The notes under the pieces were generated by a model. The model saw only the letters and a list, made by a program, of their open reading frames with translations. It did not search any database and was not told where the DNA came from. Made by a program: the position numbers and the translations under genes. A stretch of 64,000 nucleotides of DNA, from contig NC_057718.1 in NCBI RefSeq assembly GCF_004010195.1, forward strand, positions 89,605,800 through 89,669,799. Direction: 5' to 3'. This DNA is from Chiloscyllium plagiosum. Its lineage: Eukaryota. Below are positions 35,001 through 50,000 of the stretch, one piece after another; positions within the stretch are counted from its first letter, which is position 1, and every line of letters begins with the position of its first letter.

Positions 35001-38000
35001 GTCAGTTTCTCTCTGACCACCCTGTCAATTTCTCTCTGTCCACCCTGTCAGTTTCTCTCTGTCCACCCTGTCAGTTTCTCTCTGTCCACCCTGTCAGTTT
35101 CTCTCCAGTCCTGGAGAAGAGTCTTACCAACCTCAAAACGTTAACTCTGTTTCTCTCTCCAAAGATACGGCCAGACCTGCTGAGTTTCTCCAGCACCTTC
35201 CGGGTCTTTTTTTTTTGGTCAAAACCTTGGATCATCTAGAACACCTGAACACACCGCCTCTGCCCAGCCGGCTGAGATTTTCTAAGTAATTTCTGTTTTC
35301 GTTTCTGATTTCCAGCCGACGCTGTTTTGTTTGAATCTCGTGATCTTCCGTACGCGGGGCAAGTCAAACTAAGTTAATGCAAGTTACCCTTGCAATTTAA
35401 CCCTTTTAGCCCCAATGTCATTCTGATAAATCTACACTGCACCACGCTTGAGGTCAATGTATCCTTCCTGAGGTATGGTGCGCAATCCTCAATTCAGTCT
35501 CTGAAATGAAGGTCTAACCAGGCGCTCATACAACACATTGAGTTCATGGTCACTAACCCAACATTATGGGCATTAACTACTTTGACATACTCATGGACTG
35601 CTGCACCATTCCTGAATATAATCTACATCCAATTCTTCTTCCTTCCACCACCTCATGAGACAGACAAAGCACACGCCTGTTCAAACAACTATCTTTGACT
35701 TGAGAGGTACTACTCTGGGTCAATTCACAGAATCTCTGTGGAGAAGGCCATTCAGCCCATCACATCCACACCAACCCTCCAAACAGCATCCCATGCGGAC
35801 CCACCCCCTATTTCCTGTGGCTAACTTACTTAGATTGGACACTATGGAAAACGTAGCGCAGCCAAACCACTGCATGTCCTTGGAAGGTAACCAGAGCACC
35901 CGGAGGAAACTCACATCAACACGGGGAGAATGTGTGAACTCCACACAGACAGACACCCCGAGGCTGGAATTGAACACAGGTCCCTGGCGCTGTGAGGCAG
36001 CAGTGCTAATCACTGAGCCACCATGTCGCCCAACTAGCAACGCAACATCTGCTCAAATAGCTACCTTTTACAGGGCATTGGCAAGACTGTGGCTTGAGAG
36101 GTACTACTCTGGGTCAAGTGTCAAGACACACCTCTGTTCTCACTACCTTCCAGAGGTGTATCAGAAAGACCTACAGGTTTCCAATCAATGGCTGTAGGAC
36201 TGTTACGAACGCATCATCCGTGGCCAACAAATGAGGGTCCAAACAGGAGGCAAGGAGTGTACTGCAAGCCCTCCCCTCCACCTATCAGTGACATTCCTGA
36301 TGACGTGGGTCTCACTGAAATATTCCTCACAATGTAATTTTGGAGGAGATGCTGCACGGATTCCTTCCTGCCGTATTTGATGATCCACGATTTGAGTTTG
36401 GTTTCAGCCAGCACCAGGAAGGCCAGGAGGCGATACTTCAACTCCAGAAAGTCCAGTCTCGTTAAATGGAGCTTGGAGGCGGTCGTAATGAATTCGAACC
36501 TGGGGAGAGCAAGCGGACGCAAGGTTATCACTGAGGGGGCGGGGGGGGGGGGCAGACCATGGCCAAAGAGATATGCAGACATATAAACGGGGAGTAAGTG
36601 GCATCCACCATCACCTTAGCCACAGGAAATGGTAAGGAAAGCTGACAGCTAGACAGTGCCTTGAATGATTTCAGAAGGTTCCAAATTTTTTCCTAGGGTC
36701 GGGGGTGTGCAAAACTAGAGGGCATAGGTTGAAGGTGAGAGGGGACCCAAGGGGCAACACTTTCACACAGAGGGCGGTGCGTGTGTGGGATGCACTGCTA
36801 GAGGAGGTGGTCGATGCGGGTACAGTGACAACATTTGAAAGACATTTGGACAGGCACATGGATAGGAAAGGTTTCGAGGGATGTGGACCAAATGCAGGCA
36901 AATGGGTCTCGTTCAGTTTAGGAATCCTGGTCACCGAGTTGGACCAAAGGGTTTGTTTCCGTGCTGCGTGACTCTACAACTCTCTACAGCTATTCCGCGA
37001 TGTAGTCTCTGCTGGAAACGGCAGCAGCTCATTTGCGCACAGCAAGATCCCACAATCCAAAATCTGTCGATGAAAACAAAAAAAAATCTGTTTCCGTGCT
37101 AACGGTTGACAGATCAATATTTTCCGGGGCAACGGAGAAGCAGTGCGCAGGGTCAGCTCCTTCAAAACGACGCCAGGCAACCTTTGAGCCGAGACGGCAG
37201 GCAGGGCCTAATGTCTCAGCCGAGGAACCGTGCCGTCGAACGGCACAGAATTCCCTCGCCACCAAGCCTAGACGTTGTCCTCAAGTCTCCAGGATCGGGC
37301 TCAAACTCACATCCGAAGGGGGTGAGAAAATGTTACCCAGCAGAGCCACAGGACAAAAACAGCCAAAAGGAAAATCTACCCAAGACTGAAGGTGGGAAGG
37401 TGCCACCATCCAGATGCAATATGGGTTGTCTGCTTCCAGAGAAGTGGTCCCCTGTTATACTGATGTAATGGATAAGTCCAAATAGCACATCTCAGCTCAG
37501 CATCACCTGGGTGGGTCAACATGCATTGCTCAACAAAATGAGATTATCAACTCGTTACCTTGCTGCCTTTATTGAGATCTTGCTGTGCACAGGGCAGCTG
37601 CCGACCTCACAGCTACACTGCGAAGGCGTCATTGATCGCGCAACTTGGAGACATCGTGAGAATCGACGCAAGGTGCTACGCAAATGCAGACTTTCACTGC
37701 CCTTCAACTAGCTACCAGGATGAGCTCAATCGGGTATTCATTTGCAAAATCTGAAATCTGGCACCGCCAAGTCCCACAAAGACTCAGCGGGACACGCGCC
37801 AGTCTCTTGGTCAGCACGTCGTTTTATTTTCAGTATTAGTTGCAGCAACCCCCCCTCCCTCCGAAGTTTACATCGAAAATGTGACATAAGAGAAAGGTTA
37901 GGGCTCCCACCGTTTAACCGGACGCAGTGCTTTTCAGACACAGAGTTAACAGGGTTTACTGATGAGCCGCATGGACAGTTACTCACCGCTCTGCAATATC

Positions 38001-41000
38001 CTCCAGCTGGTCTGCTGGGATTGGGACCCCATTCACAGATCCTGCCCTGTGGATCTGGTGGAAGATTTGTTTGTGACCTTCTAACGCCTTTATCACGTCC
38101 TGGCAAGGAAACAAATACAAGTTAGCGCTGGAAAAAGATCAAAACTGAATCCGTGCTGAAAACAACAAAGCACTGGAGATCACAGCGGGTCCGGCAGCAT
38201 CCACGGAGAGAGAGCAAGCTAACGTTACTAGTCCAGGTGACTCTTCACCACAGCTGAGCTTTACTCTGGATAGTCACTCATTACATCACAAAACAAAAGC
38301 AGCTGCTTAGGGGTGGCATGGTGGCTCAGTGGTTAGCACTGCTGTCTTGCAGCACCAGGGTCCCAGGTTCGATTCTGGCCTCAGGTGACTGTCTGTGTGG
38401 AGTTTGCACATTCTCCCCGTGTCTGCTGTGGGTTTCCTCTCACAGTCACAAAGATGTGCAGGTCAGGTGAATTGCCCATTGTGTTAGTGTGAGGAGGGAA
38501 ATGGGTCTGGGTTTTTGGGCCAAAGGGCCTGTTTCCACACTGTAGGGAATCTAAATACTATGAATGCACAATTCATAGCCAACAGATCAGACTCTGGGTG
38601 TGACTCCAGATGATTCATAAAATTGAGGAGTTAGATTAGTCCCATATTCCAATGGGATCCTCACTGGCCGCAGGATGACAGCAACTGAGACAAGGCGGCT
38701 TTGTCTCAAGTTGAAACCTGGGGGTTTCCACAGTGCTCCCCAGCAGACAGACATCAGATTATTGCGGACGGTAACGGACTCAGCTCTGACTCAGGAGGTT
38801 GCTGGGATTCAAGCCCCACTCCAGAGACATGAAAGTGAGGGCGAGGGTGACACTCCAGTGCCCTGGCTGTAAGAGCTGAGCTGGGGCCCAGCCTGTGCTC
38901 ACAGACAATGAAGATCCCGGAAAAACGGGAGCCCTGACCTGTCCCAAGCTCATGTGTGTGCTCCAGAAGTCAGTCTTTGTCTGTGAAGCACTTTGGGCTG
39001 TGCTGCTAATGCAAAAGGTGCTAGACAAATGCAAGTCCTGCCTCAAACACTGCCGGGAGAAAGTGAGGACTGCTGATGCTTCCACTGTGTCATCGTTTAC
39101 GCTTCCTTCTTTGCCCTCATTAACAAGCCAGCCCCTTCTCCTCTGCCGCTAAAATTCTTACTTCTGGTCTGCCAGCTGAGAGATTTACATGGGTTAATGT
39201 TGCTGGAGTTGATACAGAGCCTCACACCAGCTGACCGAGAACCACTCAGCCCAGGAACTTCCTGTCATATTTTGCCTAGGCTCCTTTCTCTCTCTGCCCG
39301 GTTTGATCTGGGGCCTGGACTCCAAATTGGGTTTGGTCAAACTTTCATGGCTTGTGGGAGTGGACCACCAGAAGACCAGGGTTGCTTGCCAATTGTGGAT
39401 CGTCCAGTCTGCACATCCCTGGGCAGTTTAGCAAGGTGGCACGGTGGCTCGTGGTTAGCACTGCGACCTCACAGCACCAGGGACCCAGATATAGGCCTGG
39501 CATTGCCCAGCGACGGCTCCCAACACTTCCTCCGCCAACCCGCCCACCACCACCACAGAAGCCCACCACAAACTCACCTTATGTAGCTCCAGTTTCCTGT
39601 GGATGATGTTGGCCGTCTCATCGTGGGCCTGCTGGATGACAATCTCTTCCCCGAGAATAGTCTCCACTCTGTGCAGCCAGGCTCCGATGGTGCCCAGGGG
39701 CGAGGGCAGTGACTTGTCCAGCATGATGTGCCAATCCAGAAGCTGAGGAATGGAAAAATCAGCATGTAACAGCCTTCCTATTTCTTACAATCAGGGGAAA
39801 AGCAACTTGGGCTCAGTGACATCGTACCAGCTTGCTGCCCATAAAATAATCCCTACAGCATGGGATCAGGCCATTTGGCCCATCGAGTCCACACTGACCC
39901 TCTGAAAAGAGTCCCACCCATAATCCCCCCATCCCTGTAACCCCCGTGGCTAACGCACCCAGCCTTCACATTCCTGAACACTATGGGCAGTGGTTAGCAC
40001 TGTGGCTTCATGGCGCCAGGGACCCAGGTTCGATTCCAGCCTCAGGATGACTGTGTGTGTGGAGTTCTCACGTTTTCCCCATGTCTGCGTGGATTTCCGC
40101 CGGGTGCTCTGTTTACCTTCTAAAGGTGTGCAGTGGATTGGCCACGCTACATTTTCCATAGTGTCCGGGCTAAGTAGGTTAGTCACAGAAAGTACAGAGC
40201 TCAGTGGTTAGCACTGCTGCCTCACAGCGCTAGGGACCGAGGTTCGATTCCAGCCTCGGGCGACTTTCCTCTGGGTTCCTCCCACAATCCAAAGACGTGC
40301 AGGGTGAGGTGAACTGGCCACGTAGTGCCCAGGGATGTGTAGGTTAGGTACATTAATGTAGAATAATAGGGGAAGGGAATGGGTCACTCTTCGGAAGGTC
40401 AATGTGGACTTGTTGGGCCAAAGAGCCTGTTTCCACACTGTAGGGAATTGTATGATTGAATCCACTTAACCGCTACCTCTTTGGACTGCTAGAGGAAACC
40501 CAGGCAGAACATGCAAACTCCATACAGACAGTCACCCGAGGCTAGAATCGAACCCAGATCCCTGGCCCTTTGAGGCAGCAGCACTGACTACTGAGCCACT
40601 GTGTTCCTGCAGGTACAGCACCCTGCCAACAAACCCCTTTGTCCTCAGTCCATGGTGATCGTTTTGACAATTTGCCTGCCTCAGAGAGATTAAAAACACA
40701 TTGTGAAAGGCAAACGGAGGACATTCTCAAAACTGTATCCCCGGACACAATGAAGGAACAACTCCAACTCTCCGTATAGCTGAGGATGTTAGAGAGTGAT
40801 CAGAAATAAATGTGGGGGAAGAAAGACATTTATTCCCACACCCATATTCACATGTAAACCAGATTCTAAACACTCTACGTCATAGATTCACTGCGGGTGC
40901 TCCCACAGTTACTGAAGTACAATCAAAGAAATTATATTTTCATTTGAATTTGTTCATTTAAATTTTGAATATTGAGTATTATTATAATGCCCCTTGAAGA

Positions 41001-44000
41001 GACTAGCATCTTTTAATTTGGCTTATTTGATTCAATTTGGTTTAATTTAATTTAATGTGATTAACTGGCTTTAAGAGCTTTAAAGGAGTTTTGACATCAG
41101 GAAGGCTGGTTATTTGCAGCCAACTTAAGGCGATGAACAGTCTCTTTGGTAGGATGTTGAGAGTTCAAGTCCCGCCCCCGACACTCAATCTTGGCTAGTA
41201 TTTCACTGGAATCCTGACAGAGTGCTGCACACTGGAGGATCTACTGGAAGTGTTGCTGAGACTGAGGTAAATGAAGCTGTTGGGCTACCTGCAGAAGAGC
41301 TCAGAGTTCTATCCTGGAGACAATTTATGCAGTTTCTTACAGCTTAGAAAAAAGGTTCTTCAGCCCATTGTACTACACTGGTCATCAAGCATCTAACTAC
41401 TCCAGTCTAGTTTTCCAAGACTTGGCCTGCGGCCTTGTGTCCAATGACATGTCGAGGGTTCATCCAAATAGGTTTTAAATGTCTTGAGGGTTCCTGCCTC
41501 CACAAAGCAAAAGGCAGTGAATTATACCTCACAGGCAAAGACAGAAGTTGCTGGAAAAGCTCAGCGGGTCTGGCAGCATCCGTGAAGAAAAATCAGAGTT
41601 GACGTTTCACATTCAGTGACCCTTCCTCAGAACTGGACCCAAAATGTTAACTTTGAGTTCTCTCGACAGACCCTGCCAGACCCGCTGAGCTTTTCCTGCC
41701 GTTTCTGGGGTTTTTTCTGATTTACAGCACCCGCAGTTCTCTCGGTTTTTATTCAGTGAATTCCACCTGCTGGGTGAAACAGATTCTCTTCAAACTCTTT
41801 CCAAACCTCCTGCTCCTCCTCTTGAAGTTCCGGCCCAGGGTATTGACTCTTTTACTAAGGAGATTGATCCCTCAGCCAACACCACCAAGAGAACACACCC
41901 AGCCGATGTGTGGGTCCTTACTGCGTAATTGTTGGCTACTGTTTATTACAGGGAGAAAGTGAGCAGACGCTGGAGATCAGAGTCGAGAGCGTGGTGCTGG
42001 AAAAGCACAGCAGGTCAGGCAGCATCTGAGGAGCAGGAGAGTCGACGTTTCAGGCCGGAGCCCTTCGTCATGAAGGGCCATCAGGAAGGAACTGGCCATT
42101 CCTGATGAAGGACTCTTGCCCGAAACGTCTATTCTCCTGCTCCTCGGATGCTGCCTGACCTGCTGTGCTTTTCCAGCAACACACTCTCGACTGTTCATCC
42201 ACAATCAACTTCAAAAAGAAGCGATTGTGAAGATGAAAAGGGTTCTGTTCAAATATAACGTCTTCCATGTTTATTTTATTGACTCATCTGACTCCAGGCA
42301 TGAGGATGGAATGGAAATTTATGAGCAGAAGACAGCGGCATTGCTGGGCACACAAAGTCTGTGACCACAAAGACTAACACCCGTCTCTAGAAGGCTCTCA
42401 CTTACTGCTCCCGCTCCGAGTGCAAATCATCAGATGGTACTGCACACAAAGACTGGCAGGAGAAAGGAAAAGACTGGAGTATGACCTTGCGGAGTCCGTG
42501 CTCTGAAAACTCACCCTGGCCGACACTCTCTCCCAGACTTGCTTAACCGTGACTTGATCCAGCGACAGTTTCCCATCTTTCTGTGAGGGCTGAATTAAAA
42601 CCTCCACGTGCTTCTTTTTAACCTCGTACTGGCCTCGAAAACTCTTGAACAACTAAAGAAAAGTACGGACAAAGGCAACGGCATAAAACAGAGCGATGGA
42701 ATCAAAACAGGAAGTCATTGCTGCATTAACGCATGAGGTGCTCAGTTAGCTCAGGCAGCTAGTGAGTGATGCCAACAGCATGGGTTCAATTCCCACATTG
42801 GCTGCTGTAACCAGGAAGGACTCTCCTTCTCAACTTCTCCTCCTGTCTGAAGGTGTGCTTACCCTCAGGTCACACCACCTCCAGCGATCTCTCTCTGACG
42901 AGAGAGCAGTCTGGTAGGGTTATGGTGACTTTAATGTATTCACACATAGACTGACTTCCCACTGGCTTGAAATTCTGAATAGGTTTCAGAATCATTCAGG
43001 GTTGTCCTGTTAAATCAGCAAACAGCTCTGCCAGTCGAGTAGAGACTGAGGTGAAGATGGCCCTGCATTCAGGCAACACGGTGGCTCAGTGGTTAGCACT
43101 GCTGCCTCACGGCACCAGGGACCTGGGTTTGATTCCAGCCTCAGGTGACTGTCTGCATGGAGTTTGCACATTCTCCCCGTGTCTGCGTGGGTTTCCTCCA
43201 ATTTTCTCCCACAGTCCAAAGATGTGCAGGTTAAGTGAATTGGCCGTGCTAAGTTGCCCATAGTGTTCATGTATGTTTATGCATGGGGTAAATATAGGGG
43301 AATGGGCTGGGTGGGTTACTCTCTGGAGGGTCAGTGTGGACTTGTTGGGCCAAATGGCCTGTTTCCACACTGTAGGGAATCTAATCTTAACTGACCAATA
43401 TTACAGAGACAGAGCTTTTTCTGCTAAGATATCAAGCAGTTAGAATGATGGGGGTGTGTTATAAATCCAGGCTTGAGGTGTGGCTGTTGGTTTTCATGCC
43501 TACTTGCTCTTGAGAAAGGGGGGTGGGTGGGAGTGGGAGTGTGTGCGCAGGCCCTCCTATGGATGGTATACTCTGCAGCCGCAGTGTAATGGCTCTGGAG
43601 CAAGTCAACATTGGCAAACAGACTGCCCATCACACCAACTACTTTGACCTGGATGCTGGCGAATTGCTCGAAGCTTGGCACAGTTGCAGGTGGATGGATT
43701 GCAAATAAAGCAGAACCACACGCCCCCCCCCCCCCCCCCCCCAGCTATGACTCACAAGAGTTCATCCTGTCAGTGTGTGGTCTGTGTGCACTGGTCTCAG
43801 TTCGTGCTGTCTTCAGCGTCCACTGGCTGGAGGAGGGGAAATTGCTGGTAGGGAATTCCCATTTCTTAGAAATTCCAGCAGGGGCCCTCGGCCGTCAGTC
43901 CCCCTTCCTGCTCAGCGTCAGTGAATCTGTGGACGCCCAGCACTGAGATTAACATAAAGCGAGTGACCAAGCAGATGAAGGGTTGACGGTCCACTGTGAA

Positions 44001-47000
44001 AATGAGATAGCGACGGTGGTGTCATGGTAAACCAAATGCCCCAGCTTAAGCTCTGAGGGACATGCTCCACTCCCACTGCAACTCAGTCTCTCGGGATATG
44101 GGTTCAGGTCCCACCAAGATGACATGTGGAATTTAATCATAGGATTATAGCATTAAACAGGCCCTTTGGCCCACACCAACCCTCCAAATGTAACCCACCC
44201 AGACCTATTACTCTACGTTTACCTCAGACTAACGCACCTAACCTACACATCCCTAAATACTATGGGGTAATTTAGCATGGCCAATTTACCTAAACTACAC
44301 ATCTTTGGTGTGTTAGAGAAAATCCACACAGACATGGGGAGAACATACAAACTCCACACAGACAGTCACCCAGGGCTGGAATCGAACCCAGGTCCCTGTC
44401 GATATGAGGCAGCAGTGCTAAGTACTGAGCCACTGTGCACAGCGCTGGAGGAGCAGCCTCAATAGCAGTTATGAGCGATTAATCTGATCCATTAATGCCT
44501 TTTAGTTGACTCTTAATGGCCCTCTGAAATAACTCACTTAGTTCAATCACAATCAGGTTGGTAATCAAATCCTAACCTTGCCGGCAACACCCACATCCCA
44601 TGAAAGATTGAAGATGGGGCAATGGGAGAAAATGGGCAAGGTCTTTCAGAACAGGAGTCCATTCAGACCCTCAAGCCTGCTGTTGGTTTGTAACTGAGTT
44701 GTTCCTTAATTCCACTCACAACACTCGAAAGCACATTCCAACAAGAATCAGCCCCTTGAGATTTAGTTCAGCCCCAAAAAGCACAGCCTTGTCAAGGAGG
44801 GAGAGTGGCAAATGTTGACTTTTTATGAGTGAAGTATCTCGAGACCTGACCTTACGTTTATTTTAAGGTCACGTTCCCCTGTTCTGGATCCTTCCACAAG
44901 AAGGGAGCATTTTCTTTCTGTCTGCCTGTATTGTCGCAAAGGGATCGCTTTGACCGTCCCTGAGAAAAGATGCAAGAAGTGGACGGTGCTGACCCACCTC
45001 GTATCGTTCCTGGAGCCCAGCCTCGGCCACTTGCATCCTCGTGATATCTCTTTCGAACTGCTCAAGCCACGCTCTCGCCTCCCTCAGCATCAGTCTGTCT
45101 TCTCGCTGATGGGCCGCAAACAGAAGCAACAGTGCAAATAAACGTCAGGAGGCGCTCCGCGTTATTAGAGTCTATCGCGATGGGGTTCTCCGTTGTCCTG
45201 ATCGTCCGCACCAACAGACTCCAAACTAAATGGCCCATTCCCTGCTCCTTCTGCCATCAAGCCTTCACTAAATACACCCATACCCCCCCACCCCCCCCAC
45301 CCCACCCCCACCCCCCGCCATTTCACCCTTTGAAAGGGGCCATTCACCTCGTGGACACTCTGATCCCATTCCTAATCCGTCCTCAATTGAACCCCAAAGA
45401 GTGTGTTAAGTGACTTTTTAACCTCCTCTGTCTTACTGCGTCAAGCTCCAAACACTTCCACCAGGTGAAAAAGCAATTTACTTGTACTTCTTTCTATTTA
45501 ATAGGGGGGAGGAGAAAGGGTGGTGGTGGTGGTGGTTTAGAGTTAGATGATACAACTGCTTTGCACAGCACCTCTGTTCAGATTGTGATGTTGAGCTTCC
45601 ACTCACTTGTCATTTTAATTCTCCGCTATTGTGATGATACTGTGGCTTTAAGAGCTATGGTTTCCTTTAGAGAGAGATAGTGGGGGATGGGAGGCGGCAA
45701 GTCGTCAATGAGACGATAGACAACTTGTGAAGCCTTGGGTTTTTTTTTAAAAGCTGGAACAGTAGAAGCTGCCTGACCGGGTGTGGTCCCACTCCCACCC
45801 ACAGAACTAGGGGTCTTAGGTTTAGCTTTCAACAGCTGCTGTTGTGAGCTTGAAGAAGTAGAAGTTATTCTTCCCTCTCTGGATTCCAGCCTAAAGCTGG
45901 GGGTTCTTTTCCAAGGCTGCTGGTTTGCATCTGAGACAATCTGTGTTCTGAATTTTATGAGATATTACCATATTGGAACAGTTAATTAGTAAGAGTCACT
46001 GTTAAGTTTTTTTTTCAAAAAAGTTAAGTTAATCAATTAATTCTTTCCTTTGTAGTATTTAACTGCAGTGTTTGAATAAATTGAGTATTGCTTAACGTTG
46101 AGTGGTTTGACAAATCAAATTGCATCTGCAGTAAAGCTCCTGATATTTACTTTCAAAATAAGAAAAAGTTAGAGTGGAGACTACCATCTTAATATATTTT
46201 GAGGGGGTCTGGTTGGTCCACACCACTATTCTGCTATCCCCATCTCCAATCCCTCCATGTACATTGTTTCATTTCTTATCCTGTTACTGTCTGTTTTGCC
46301 CTTGCACTATCATCCCTTTTATCAGTTAATCTCTCTGGTCACAGTTTACACCCTTCTCTTTCCTGTCACACCCCTCCGTTTTGCTGAGTTTGCTGATAAA
46401 CAGTTACACCTTTAAGCTCCCCCCAGTCCCGACAAAGGCTCGTTCAAGCTGAAACATTGACTCCACGCCTCCCTCTGACGCTGAGAAATCTGCTGTGTCC
46501 AGCATTTTCTCTCTTTACCATTGTCGATTCCTAGTCGGGGTCACTCAAACCCAAACTCGCAACGTTCCATAAATTTGCGATAAACCTCACAGTTTGTTGT
46601 GAATGAGGCAGATACAAACCCTCAGGAGAGAATTAGGGAGCCATTTCCCGAAGAGATCAAAGTGGGTCAGGAAGCATCCATGGAGAGAGAGCAAGCTAAT
46701 GTTACCAGCCATTTGCACTCGAAACATTAGCTTGCTCTCTCTCCACTGATGCTGCCTGGCCCACTGTGATCGGCAGCATTTTTTGTTTCCAGTACAGATT
46801 CCAGCATATGCAGTATTTTGCTCCTATATTTGCCAAACACAATGCTCAAAAACACCAAGTTAACTTGGCAACTAACTGAGCACACGAGAGAACAGAAGAG
46901 AGCAGCTGATCTTATATTGGGGTACCATGTCTAAACCAATTTGCACCTTGAAGGACAAGGGCAGCAGATATTTTGCAATGTCAGCACTTGTCAATTCCCC

Positions 47001-50000
47001 TCCATGCTACTCAGCATCTTGACTTGGAAATACAATATACACTCGTGCAAAAGTCAAATTTGTTAGACTATAGTTGAAGGTTAAATTTATGGGGTCAACT
47101 ATTACATGGATACTAGTTCTAAAGGACTGAAATTCATGTTACAGTTCAAAATACTGTATTGGACGGCACGGTGGCTCGTGGTTAGCACTGCTGCCTCACA
47201 GCGCCAGGGACCCGGGTTCAGTTCCCACTTCGGGCAACTGTCTGTGTGGAGTTTGCACATTTTCCCTATTTCTGCGTGGGTTTCCTCTGGGTGCTCTGGC
47301 TTCCTCCCACAATCCAAAGACTGGCCATGCTAAATTACCCGTAGTGTTCAGTGATGTGTAGGTCAGGGGTGAATGTAGGGATCTGGGTGGGTTACTCTTC
47401 AGAGGGTTGGGTGTGGACTTGTTGGGCTGAAGGGCCTGTTTCCACACTGTAGGGAATCTAATTCAAAATAAAATCTAAAAATCATGAGCAGAAGCCCAAT
47501 TGATCTCTAAGCAAATAGTTGGCTTCTCTGGAACTTTTAATAACTGAGTTTAAACGCTGCTGTATATTTTTTTGTTTTTTTCTGGAGGGCATTTTTTACA
47601 CAAAACAATGAAGAAATTTCAAAACCTCAGCTAGGCATATGACTGTATCCCTCGAGTGTTGCAGGGAGAGTGAGCTCAGCTGAGCTGCACACAAAGGGAG
47701 GTTGTCACCTGACTCTGACCTGATGTGTCTTAAACTTGCACTCCAAGGTCTTCCAATTCCCTCCGTTTTCTCTTGCTTTTCTCTCGATAATACCTTGACT
47801 CACAAATGTTAAGCTGTTATCTGTGAAGAACTAGGGTTGATTTTTACATGAGCCAGGGGAGGAACTCCAGATGTTTTGACCAAAAATAGGGATGAAGAAG
47901 GGCTTATGCCCGAAACGTCGATTCTCCTGCTCCTCGGATGCTGCCTGGCCTGCTGCGCTTTTCCAGCGCCACACCTTTCAACTCTGGTCTCCAGCATCTG
48001 CAGTCCTCACTTTCTCCAAAAATAGGGGGTCAGCTTTTGCATGAGGTTGACTTTTACTCGAGTATATACGGTATACTGCCATTCCCATGCTAGCGCTGGG
48101 AGTTCCCTTCCCGACAGCACTGACATTGACTCAGGGATGATAGTGATAGATTTACCAAGGTATAGGGCTGGGTAAATCTAGGAAGTTATGATAAATCTTC
48201 ACAAAGTCTAAACTGAAGTATTACGTTCCATCACACATTGAGAAGGATGTCAGAGCAAAGGGATATAGATAGAGTCGACGTTCAGAATCCTTTTTCCCAG
48301 AACTGAATCACCGAAGGAGCATGTATTTAAGGTGTGAGTGGGGCAAGTTCAGAGGAGAGGTGAGGGGCAAGTTTTTTTACACAGAGAGTGGTAGGAGTCT
48401 GGAATGTGGTGCCAGAGGGTGGTGGTTGAGGCAGACACAATAAGGGCATTTCAGAACTTTTAGATAAACACATGAACATGTAAGCAATGGAGAGATATGG
48501 ACCAAGGGCAGGCAGAAGGGATTAGTTTAATTTGCGTCATGTTCAGCACAACATCACGGGCCGAAGGGCCTGTTCCTGTTCCGTGCTATACTGTTCCGTG
48601 TTTTATAAAAGCCACAATAGAAATTTATTAGAATGGTACCGAAATAAAGAACGTGCACCTTCAGTCATGTGAGGAAACGGAAGGAGCTGGTTTGTTCTCC
48701 CTCGGACTGAGAGGTTTAAGAGATCTTACTGAGGTGACCATAATCAGCGTCAATAAGGAGAAATTGTTTTCAACAGCAGGAGGACAGAGGTTGGGAAAAG
48801 AAAGGGAAACCACATGTTTAAACAAACATTCACACAGCAAACAGCGACAACCAGGGACCTGCTTAATGGAAGGGCGGTGGAAACAAAGTCAACAGTCAAC
48901 AGTCAGAATACTGTTAATACTTGAAGAGAATAAATATGCACATAGCTGCAGGAAGAGAGCAGGCAGCTGGGAGTAGTTGGAATTCTCTTCCAGCAGGGCT
49001 AAATGGCCTCCTATTGTACTGTATCATTCATTGAATTTGAAGTGAAATTGAAAGGGAAACAGCGCAAAACACTTACCTCTTCCTCAAGAGGTTCATTCTC
49101 CGTCTCGCGTGGATTTGGATAATGTTTCAGGAACTGAGCCACATAGGTCATGATTGACTTCTCGTCGGGTTTGTCAACATCCACATCTGTACATAAAGTA
49201 TCACTCCGTTAGAAACAGGGGTTCTGCTCCTCTACTGAAATGCAGTCACTTCTACAGCAAGCTGGGAGCTGCCTGAGGGGTAAGTGTCACTGGAGTTGTT
49301 TTCCTTTGTGGCCAGCGACACAGAGGACCTACCTCCCTAACAACAACGGAAGCCTGCTTTTACATAGCACCTTGAACACAGTGTAATGTCCCAAGATGCT
49401 ACATGGCTGTACATCAGACAGAATTTGACAGCAGACCGAATAAGGAGGTATTAGGGCAGGTGACCCAAAGCTGAGACTAAAAACAGGTTTAAAGGATTGT
49501 CTCAAAGATGGAGAGAGATAGGTGAGGTGAGTTGGTGACAGCCAGTGACAGGAGTGGAACAGGGTGGTGGCCTAGCACAGAGCGTGGTGACAGTCAGTGA
49601 CAGGAGTGGAACAGGGTGGTGGCCTAGTACAGAGCGTGGTGACAGCCAGTGACAGGGGTGGAACAGGGTGGGGGCCTAGCACAGAGCGTGGTGACAGCCA
49701 GTGACAGGAGTGGAACAGGGTGGTGGCCTAGCACAAAGCGTGGTGACAGCCAGTGCTAGGAGTGGAACAGGGTGGGGCCTAGCACAGAGCGTGGTGACAG
49801 CCAGTGACAGGAGTGGAACAGGGTGGTGGCCTAGTACAGAGCGTGGTGACAGCCAGTGACAGGAGTGGAACAGGGTAGTGGCCTAGCACAGAGCATGGTG
49901 ATAGCCAGTGACAGGAGTGGAACAGGGTGGTGGCCTAGCACAGAGCGTGGTGACAGCCAGTGATAGGAGTGGAACAGGGTGGGGCCTAGTACAGAGCGTG

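Noticed and set aside
31796..35144. 989-aa and 1107-aa ORFs
   Set aside because: Translations of a stop-free 23-bp tandem repeat; the same peptide cycles through the frames.
45106..49076. Short exon found in human nesprin-1 between these two exons (EILPGFPSFANSVQNFK as recalled)
   Set aside because: No equivalent recognised; the flanking exons join in phase 0 without it, so I make no claim of presence or loss.
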